Shown: positions 57,352-64,000 of the stretch, in pieces
Position numbering within the stretch: the stretch's first letter is position 1
How the letters are laid out: each line of letters starts with the position of its first letter
Assembly (NCBI GenBank): GCA_036733285.1
Contig: DAINAU010000001.1
Coordinates: 18,954 to 82,953, forward strand
Direction of reading: 5' to 3'
Origin: a bacterium
GTDB lineage: Bacteria > JAGOBX01
DNA: 64,000 bases
The notes under the pieces: generated by a model
Told to the model about the DNA's origin: nothing
What the model saw: the letters and a program-made list of their open reading frames with translations, nothing else
Databases searched by the model: none
Position numbers and translations under genes: made by a program

Positions 57352-58647
57352 ATGCGGGATTTCTTTAACGGTTCATTATTGAGTTTTACAGTAAAAGATT
57401 TAATCATAGCTTTTTCCATTATCGTAATTTCTGCGGTATTATCAAAAATTTTCAGATATTTGATGATTCATAAATTCGCCAAATTAGCCGATTTCACTGA
57501 AACCGATTTTGACAATCAATTAATAGAACGTCTTGAAAAACCTTTAGGAAACTATATCGTATTATTCGGAATTACTTTTGCCAAAACTTTTATCGTATTT
57601 CCGGTATCATACGACTCTTTTATAGCTAATGCCATAACATCTCTCTTAATAGCGAACACTGCGTATCTTTTAATAAAAATTTGCGGATTATTCTCGCGGC
57701 TGCTTATCCCGATAGTCAATAAAACAAAAATTAAACTCGACGACGATATTTTACAATTCGTCGACAAATCAATTAAAACATTCATAATAATAATAACCTG
57801 CCTGATTGTCATTAATAATTTTTTCATTTTTTCAGATAAAACAAACGATGTTTTGAATAAAATCGTTATTATGTTCATCACTTTAAACGTCATTTATATT
57901 TTATTCAAATTAACCGACGTTCTGATAAAACTGATGATTCCGCTTGTGGAAAAAACTCATTCAAAACTTGACGACCAGCTTCTGCCGGTTTTAAGCAAAA
58001 TTATAAAAACTTCGATTATTATTCTCGGAGTATTAACGATTTTAAAAAATTTCGGATACGATATTTCAGCTCTGCTCGCGGGACTCGGCATCGGCGGTCT
58101 CGCTTTTGCTCTCGCGGCTAAAGATACGCTTGCGAATTTTTTTGGTTCGATAGTCGTTTTTACTGACCAGCCCTTTCAAATCGGAGACAGAATTTCTATT
58201 AATAATAACGACGGAGAAGTGCTCGACGTAGGATTGCGCAGCACTAAATTAAAAACGGCGAAAGGAACCGAGATTACTATACCAAACAACGAAATTGCGA
58301 ATTCAAGCATTGAAAATTATTCAAGAAACTCGTCGAGAAAAATCACGCTAAAAATTGGAGTTACATACTCTACTTCTACGGAAAAAATTGACAAAGCAAT
58401 AGAAATTATTAAAACAATTCTCGGCGAAAATTCTAAAATCGATCCGGGGTTTGCGGTATATTTTTCCGAATTCGGAGATTTTTCTTTAAACATTGCCGTT
58501 ATTTACTGGTGTTTGGAACCCGATTTCAAATTATACTCGGAAACTCTGACGTCAATAAATCGCCTGATAAAAATTAAATTTGAAGAAAATAGAATTGATT
58601 TCGCGTTTCCAACTCAAACTCTTTATGTGGAAAAAAATAAGCTTTAA
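57352..58647 (+). CDS. MscS-family mechanosensitive channel.
   Basis: Several TM helices, then the conserved MscS core (LAGLGIGGLAFALAAKDTLANFFG...FQIGDRI). Confidence 0.85.
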   Translation: MRDFFNGSLLSFTVKDLIIAFSIIVISAVLSKIFRYLMIHKFAKLADFTETDFDNQLIERLEKPLGNYIVLFGITFAKTFIVFPVSYDSFIANAITSLLIANTAYLLIKICGLFSRLLIPIVNKTKIKLDDDILQFVDKSIKTFIIIITCLIVINNFFIFSDKTNDVLNKIVIMFITLNVIYILFKLTDVLIKLMIPLVEKTHSKLDDQLLPVLSKIIKTSIIILGVLTILKNFGYDISALLAGLGIGGLAFALAAKDTLANFFGSIVVFTDQPFQIGDRISINNNDGEVLDVGLRSTKLKTAKGTEITIPNNEIANSSIENYSRNSSRKITLKIGVTYSTSTEKIDKAIEIIKTILGENSKIDPGFAVYFSEFGDFSLNIAVIYWCLEPDFKLYSETLTSINRLIKIKFEENRIDFAFPTQTLYVEKNKL

Positions 58648-58695
58648 ATTATTTGCCTATTAATAATAAGTTGATTTTTGCAGGCTTGGTGATAT

Positions 58696-59817
58696 ATGAC
58701 AGCCAAAGATGAAAAATTTATGCGCATTGCGCTTAAAGCCGCCTCGGACTTAAAAGGATTAACCTATCCCAATCCGGCGGTCGGCGCCGTAATAGTCAAA
58801 AACGGGAAAATTCTGTCAATCGGAGCTCACAAAAAAGCGGGATTGCCGCACGCCGAAGTCGAAGCTATAAAATCTTTAAACTTTAAAATTCCGAAAAATT
58901 CCGATATTTATGTGACTTTAGAGCCTTGCAGCCATTTTGGTAAAACGCCGCCCTGCGCCGATTTGTTAACTAAATATAAATTTAAAAGAGCAATAATTGG
59001 AATTCTCGACCCTAACCCGCTTGTCAATGGAAACGGAAAAAAAATATTGGAAAAATCAGGCGTCAGGGTTTTATCAGGAATACTCGAACCGGAATGTTTC
59101 AGTCTTAACGAGGATTTTTTTTATTCCATAAAAAATAAGACTCCTTTCGTTACAGTCAAATGCGCGGTTACGCTCGACGGAAAAATCGCTTCTGCGACAG
59201 GCGATTCAAAATGGATTTCAAATGAAAAAAGCAGAGAGTTCGCTCATTATTTAAGAAAAATTAATTCTGCGGTTATGGCGGGAATCAATACAGTTAAAAT
59301 AGATAACCCGTCTTTAAACGTCAGATTATATAAAAATAAATTCAAACTTAATTCCAACGTTATAATAATCGACCCGAATTTTGAAACTCCGGAAAATTGC
59401 AACATTATAAAAAATAATCCCCCCGATAATATTTATATTATTATTAACGAATCGTCTAAACATAATAAAAAAATCAAATTATTTTCGTCAAAAAATATCA
59501 ATATTCTAAAATTTCCTGTAAAATCCGATAAACGATTCGATATGAAAACGGTCTTAAAAAAATTATATGATATAGGTTTAAACTCGATTCTTGTCGAAGG
59601 CGGAGGAAAATTAATACATTCGTTTTTTAAATCAAAACTTGTCAATAAAATTCATTTTATCTACGCTCCAAAAATTCTCGGGACGGGAATCCAATGCGTT
59701 GACGGTCAACTTTCCAAAACTATCGAGTCAAGCGTAAGAGTCGACGGTTTATCGTTAAAAAAATTCGACGAAAACTTAATGATTACCGGTTATCCGGTTT
59801 TTAAGGAAGGCGATTAG
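58696..59817 (+). CDS. ribD: Riboflavin biosynthesis bifunctional deaminase/reductase.
   Basis: HAEVEAI and EPCSHFGKTPPCAD deaminase zinc motifs, plus a C-terminal reductase domain (EGGGKL). Confidence 0.9.
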   Translation: MTAKDEKFMRIALKAASDLKGLTYPNPAVGAVIVKNGKILSIGAHKKAGLPHAEVEAIKSLNFKIPKNSDIYVTLEPCSHFGKTPPCADLLTKYKFKRAIIGILDPNPLVNGNGKKILEKSGVRVLSGILEPECFSLNEDFFYSIKNKTPFVTVKCAVTLDGKIASATGDSKWISNEKSREFAHYLRKINSAVMAGINTVKIDNPSLNVRLYKNKFKLNSNVIIIDPNFETPENCNIIKNNPPDNIYIIINESSKHNKKIKLFSSKNINILKFPVKSDKRFDMKTVLKKLYDIGLNSILVEGGGKLIHSFFKSKLVNKIHFIYAPKILGTGIQCVDGQLSKTIESSVRVDGLSLKKFDENLMITGYPVFKEGD

Positions 59818-59818
59818 T

Positions 59819-60187
59819 ATGTATTTAATAACTAAAATTTTTAAATTCGATTCCGCTCATAATTTAACCGATTATAAAGGTTTGTGCGAAAATTTGCACG
59901 GACACACTTATACCCTTGAAGTAACGCTTGAAGGAGAAAAAAAATCAAACGGAATGGCGATAGATTTCAACATAATAAAAAAAATAGTTCAAACTGAAAT
60001 AATCGAAATCATCGATCACAAATATATAAATAATATTCTGCCGGTTTCAACCGCCGAGAACATAGCCGAATGGATATGGAATAAATTGTCGTCGAAATTC
60101 GACGAATACGGAGTAAGACTATTTGAAATAAAAATTCACGAAGGGATTAATTCGAAAATTTCTTATAGAGGCGGAAACGTTTTTTGA
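59819..60187 (+). CDS. queD: 6-carboxy-5,6,7,8-tetrahydropterin synthase.
   Basis: CENLHGHTY motif, 122 aa. Confidence 0.85.
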   Translation: MYLITKIFKFDSAHNLTDYKGLCENLHGHTYTLEVTLEGEKKSNGMAIDFNIIKKIVQTEIIEIIDHKYINNILPVSTAENIAEWIWNKLSSKFDEYGVRLFEIKIHEGINSKISYRGGNVF

Positions 60188-60939
60188 CTATGAACCCGGA
60201 TTTGAACAATTCCTCATACGCTTACATTTCGGAAATTTTTTTCTCGATTCAAGGCGAAGGTTTATTCGCCGGACTTCCGCAATTATTCGCGAGATTCTGC
60301 GGTTGCAATCTTAGTTGTTCATACTGCGATACGAAAAAACGATTTTCGAATTTTTGTAAAATATCGCGTTTTGATTTTAAAAAAAATTCCGGCCGCGATA
60401 AAATTGAAAATCCGGTTTCAATTAATGCTCTGCTAAAAATAATCGACGATTTCAACCTCGCGAAATATCATTCGATTTCTTTAACCGGAAACGAACCGCT
60501 TATGTCCGCGGAGTTCCTGAAAAATTTTCTTCCAAAACTTAAATCAAAAAAAATTTTTCTTGAAACTAACGGAACTCTGCCAGGTCAACTCGAAAAGATA
60601 ATAGAATACATCGATATAATATCTATGGATTTTAAACCGAATTCCGTAACCAAAAATAATATTGATTATTCCGTTTATAAAGAATTTATAAAAATTTCCA
60701 AAACCATATTTTTATACGTTAAAATTGTAATTGACAATAATTTTTCAGAATACGATTATAACGAATTTCTAAAATTAAATATTAAAAAAAATATTCCTAT
60801 AATCTTACAGCCGGTTTGGCATGACGGTTTAAAAGATATTGAACTATCAATTTTGCTGAAATTACAATCGCGACTGCTCGACCGTTTTTCCGACGTTAGA
60901 ATAATTCCGCAAATTCATAAATTTCTAAAACTCAAATAA
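60184..60939 (+). CDS. queE: 7-carboxy-7-deazaguanine synthase (radical SAM).
   Basis: CGCNLSCSYCDT radical-SAM cluster motif. The start overlaps the queD stop. Confidence 0.85.
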   Translation: MTMNPDLNNSSYAYISEIFFSIQGEGLFAGLPQLFARFCGCNLSCSYCDTKKRFSNFCKISRFDFKKNSGRDKIENPVSINALLKIIDDFNLAKYHSISLTGNEPLMSAEFLKNFLPKLKSKKIFLETNGTLPGQLEKIIEYIDIISMDFKPNSVTKNNIDYSVYKEFIKISKTIFLYVKIVIDNNFSEYDYNEFLKLNIKKNIPIILQPVWHDGLKDIELSILLKLQSRLLDRFSDVRIIPQIHKFLKLK

Positions 60940-60987
60940 AATTTTTCTTGATTTTTTTTATAAGTTTAATTTGTTATACGATAATTA

Positions 60988-61458
60988 ATGTTTGAAAAAT
61001 TTTTGAATCTTCAAAAATTTTTTATTTGTTTTTCATCATTTGTTTTGCTTATAATAATTGATAATACGCTTACGAAAAAAAATTACGTATTTTCGGAAAA
61101 CTTAAATATTTCAATTTTTTTAGCTTTAAATAACGCAAGAAATTCGCCTGAAATTCTTGCGCTTCAAAATAGCAAAGGTAATCTTGAAAATATTATCGCC
61201 GGAATTGAATCTGATTTTGGATTAAAAAAAGTATTAGACGTAGAACCGTTTTACATTCAAGGAAATAAAATGAATATATACGGAAAATACGACGATGCTT
61301 ATTTTTGCAGGGAAGATTTGCGGCGGTCCGGATTTTATAGCCGAATGTATCTTGAAAAAAATTATTTGAATAATTTTTCAATTGCCGCAGGTTCGGGTTT
61401 TAAAAAATCCGCAGTTTCTCCAATTTATAATTCCGCCCTCAAGATATCTAATATTTGA
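60988..61458 (+). CDS. Hypothetical secreted or membrane-anchored protein.
   Basis: The 156-aa product has an N-terminal hydrophobic helix. Its 3' end overlaps the convergent rhodanese gene by about 80 bp, which lowers my confidence. Confidence 0.3.
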   Translation: MFEKFLNLQKFFICFSSFVLLIIIDNTLTKKNYVFSENLNISIFLALNNARNSPEILALQNSKGNLENIIAGIESDFGLKKVLDVEPFYIQGNKMNIYGKYDDAYFCREDLRRSGFYSRMYLEKNYLNNFSIAAGSGFKKSAVSPIYNSALKISNI

Positions 61459-62184
61459 AACGTCAAATCCTTTAACCAACAGATATTTAACCGCTAAAAC
61501 AGCGTTTTTTGAATTCAGATAATATAAGACTATTTCCTTATCGCGGGGCAATTCATTGTATCTAAAATAGAATTCATTTATCGGCATAGAAATGCAATTA
61601 GGAATAGTTCCTATTTCTGTGTCGTCTATTAAGTTCACTAAAAAAACTTTATCTAAAATTTTATTTAAATCTCCCGGTTTAATGGAATTAATTGCCGGTT
61701 CTTTTTCTAATTTCCCAATAATCCCTTTTTCTATTCTGCAATTATTTTTTTTCCAGCCCGCAAAACCTTCAGAATAAATCGAAACGTCGAAATAACCCGC
61801 GTCGAGAGCTATTTGGGAAACCATTTCAGCATCCGGACAATATTGAGTTGAACAATAAAAAATCAGCCGTTTTTTTTTATCATTAACTTTATCTTCAAGT
61901 ATTTTCTTCGAGTTTTTACAGGGAATACAAAGGGAATAAGGCAGCCGTTCATTTTCGTATTCAAGATAATTTCTAACGTCAATAATATTGATTTTTTCTT
62001 TTAATTTAGGCGTTTTATCAATTGCATTTATTATTTTAAGCATTTCCCTCGATTTTATTCGTTTGATTTTTATTTCATTGGTTTTTCCAAATAATTCGCG
62101 GGAATACGCGAGCATTAAAAAATAAATAAAAACAAATACAAATACAAATGATACCTTTTTAAATACTGAAAAATAATATTTCAT
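61378..62184 (-). CDS. Tandem rhodanese-domain sulfurtransferase-like protein with a signal peptide or membrane anchor.
   Basis: Two rhodanese-like halves (IIDVRNYLEYENERLP...CSTQYC, and ...YYLNSKNAVLAVKYL...GGIINW). Confidence 0.6.
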   Translation of the reverse strand: MKYYFSVFKKVSFVFVFVFIYFLMLAYSRELFGKTNEIKIKRIKSREMLKIINAIDKTPKLKEKINIIDVRNYLEYENERLPYSLCIPCKNSKKILEDKVNDKKKRLIFYCSTQYCPDAEMVSQIALDAGYFDVSIYSEGFAGWKKNNCRIEKGIIGKLEKEPAINSIKPGDLNKILDKVFLVNLIDDTEIGTIPNCISMPINEFYFRYNELPRDKEIVLYYLNSKNAVLAVKYLLVKGFDVSNIRYLEGGIINWRNCGFFKTRTCGN

Positions 62185-62187
62185 CTT

Positions 62188-63027
62188 CTACTCGTCATTT
62201 ATTTTTTTTAATAAAGCAATTGCATTCAAATGATTCGGATCTTCTTCTTCGGGAGTTTCAACTATGCCCGGGAGCCCTGAAAAATATTTACATTTAATTA
62301 TATTCGTCAAACCTTTTATGCCGATTTTACCCCTGTCTATATAAAAATGCCTATCCACATTACTGCCAAGATTTACAGTAGTATCGTTAAGATGAAACGC
62401 TTTCACAAAACTTATATCGAAATTTGATTTTAATTCTTTCAGCATTTTATCAAGATTAGTTTTGTTGGAAAAATCATAACCCGCTCCAAACAAATGCGCA
62501 GTATCAAGACATATTCCGCATCTTTTTTTATTTTTAATCCTGTCAAGCATAGCGCCAAGTTGAAAAAAAGTGAACCCGAGTTCGCTTCCCTGACCAGCCG
62601 TGTTTTCAATTAAAACCGGAATCCGTTTAGTGTTTGATATGAGAATATTAACGGCGTCAGCTACTCTTTTAATAGCTTTATCAGTATCAGAACCCATTGA
62701 TTTACCGGGATGAATTATATAAAAATCAGCGCCGATTGATTCCGCGGCGTCGATATTTTTTTTTAAATGCGCAATGGATTTTCTGTAAACAATTTTTTCA
62801 GGCGAAGCCGTATTCGGAAGATACGGCATATGAACCGCTACGCCGCATATAGCCGAAGTTTTTTTTTTCTCTATAAAAAGTTCCGCTTCTTCTTCAGAAA
62901 TTTTAGCGTCAGCCCAAGCGCGCGGATTGCTTATAAAAATTTGAACATATTCAGCTCCGGCTTTTTCAGCTAAATTAATAGAATTTGAAATTCCGCCGGA
63001 AATAGAAAAATGAGCTCCGATTTTCAT
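62188..63027 (-). CDS. nfo: Endonuclease IV (AP endonuclease, TIM barrel).
   Basis: GAHFSISGG, HMPYLPN, IHPG, ENTAGQG and LDTAHLFGAGYD metal-binding motifs. Confidence 0.88.
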   Translation of the reverse strand: MKIGAHFSISGGISNSINLAEKAGAEYVQIFISNPRAWADAKISEEEAELFIEKKKTSAICGVAVHMPYLPNTASPEKIVYRKSIAHLKKNIDAAESIGADFYIIHPGKSMGSDTDKAIKRVADAVNILISNTKRIPVLIENTAGQGSELGFTFFQLGAMLDRIKNKKRCGICLDTAHLFGAGYDFSNKTNLDKMLKELKSNFDISFVKAFHLNDTTVNLGSNVDRHFYIDRGKIGIKGLTNIIKCKYFSGLPGIVETPEEEDPNHLNAIALLKKINDE

Positions 63028-63028
63028 T

Positions 63029-64000
63029 TCACTTTTTAAGTTTATCCAAAGTTTCCGTAAATTCTTTTATAACTTTTTCAAACTCTTCTTTTTTTCTTGT
63101 TTCTTTTTCAATAACCTGTTTCGGCGCTTTGGAAACAAAATCCTGATTATCAAGTTTTTTCAATGTTTTTTCAAGTTCAATCTTATTTTTTTCAATAAGT
63201 TTAGAAATACGCTCGATTTCCGATTTAACGTCAATATTGGATTTTACTTCAACATAAATCATAATATAAGGAAGAACCACCGAGCCATAATTATCCGCAT
63301 TATCAATATTAATTTTATTTGACGAATCGAATATCTCAAGCTTTCCGGTTTTGGCAAGCAAAGAAATATAATTTTCATAATTCTCCAATAGCTTTTTGAT
63401 TTCAGCATTATCAGTAAAAAATTTAACGTCGACTTTCTGCGACGGAGGAATATTGTTTTGACTGCATATATTTCTTACATTAGTAACAATCTCAATAATA
63501 TAATCCATATTTTCGCAACTTTGATCATTAATGATTTCATCGTCGCTTATTGGCCAATCGGAAATCATAATATGATTTGCGGTTCTGTATTTTTCAGGAA
63601 GCTTCTGCCAAATTTCTTCGGTTATGAAAGGTATTATAGGATGTAATAATTTCAATACGCCGTTCAAAACATCAAAAAGCAAAGTGATTTTGAGGTTTTT
63701 AGTTTCTTGAGTTCCTTTAAACAAATCAGGTTTGACAATTTCAATATACCAGTCGCAGAATTTTTTCCAGATAAAATCATAAAGACAAGCGGCCGCGTCG
63801 TTAAATCTATACTTGTCAAAATTATCAGTAACATTTTTTATAGTCAAATTCAATTCTTTAAGAATCCATTTGTCCGCAAGCTGCAATTCACTGTAATCAA
63901 ATTTTTCTAAAATTTTTGTTTCGCCGGAATAATTCATAAAAATAAACCGCGTTGCATTCCATATTTTATTCAAAAAATGCTTATATCCTTCAAGTCGGTT
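63029..64000 (-). CDS. valS: Valyl-tRNA synthetase, C-terminal anticodon-binding and coiled-coil part. Partial: the 5' end lies beyond the window end.
   Basis: KIWNATRF, DKWILKELN and FCDWYIE motifs, plus a terminal coiled coil. The frame stays open to position 64000. Confidence 0.85.
   Translation of the reverse strand, partial: NRLEGYKHFLNKIWNATRFIFMNYSGETKILEKFDYSELQLADKWILKELNLTIKNVTDNFDKYRFNDAAACLYDFIWKKFCDWYIEIVKPDLFKGTQETKNLKITLLFDVLNGVLKLLHPIIPFITEEIWQKLPEKYRTANHIMISDWPISDDEIINDQSCENMDYIIEIVTNVRNICSQNNIPPSQKVDVKFFTDNAEIKKLLENYENYISLLAKTGKLEIFDSSNKINIDNADNYGSVVLPYIMIYVEVKSNIDVKSEIERISKLIEKNKIELEKTLKKLDNQDFVSKAPKQVIEKETRKKEEFEKVIKEFTETLDKLKK

Noticed and set aside
60988-61458. A confident gene call for the 156-aa plus-strand ORF.
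   Set aside because: It overlaps the convergent rhodanese gene by about 80 bp and has no recognisable domain. I kept it only as a low-confidence feature.

Overview
This is an AT-rich bacterial chromosomal window of roughly 30% GC with dense gene packing, and most genes lie on the minus strand. I found no rRNA, tRNA or CRISPR array.

Housekeeping content that I recognise from the translations:
- recA, pgi, coaE and thiE.
- pnp (polynucleotide phosphorylase).
- acpP.
- ribD followed directly by queD and queE.
- nfo (endonuclease IV).
- The valS 3' end, which runs off the window end.
- A Ca-type P-type ATPase and an MscS channel.
- A PBP4/DacB-like carboxypeptidase.
- A SPOR-domain protein, DivIVA, and a YggU (DUF167) protein.
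- A standalone cobQ.

Signalling genes are numerous:
- A HAMP-PP2C phosphatase.
- A HAMP-GAF-GGDEF cyclase.
- A PAS histidine kinase with an adjacent PhnD-like binding protein.
- A chemosensory operon in which CheA is split into an Hpt-CheW protein and a P3-P4-P5 kinase, flanking an MCP.

The window also carries three restriction-modification modules within about 30 kb:
- A Type II pair (PD-(D/E)xK endonuclease plus a gamma-class N6-adenine MTase), whose MTase is interrupted exactly at an A10 homopolymer.
- A BcgI-like fused nuclease-MTase with a separate two-TRD S subunit and no HsdR.
- A triad of two MTases of different classes (beta DPPY and gamma NPPY) plus a putative endonuclease, inserted next to recA.

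Other notable items:
- A roughly 210-bp GC-rich imperfect palindromic (foldback, MITE-like) element in the 800-bp divergent intergenic region upstream of the BcgI-like system.
- A tandem pair of highly divergent PNPase homologues, the upstream one lacking KH and S1 domains.
- A giant alpha-2-macroglobulin-family gene (>2000 codons) running off the window start.
- Small membrane-protein and nuclease-like genes of unknown function, followed by a 530-bp structured noncoding gap between convergent genes.

All calls rest on my own reading of the translations and motifs. I ran no database search.
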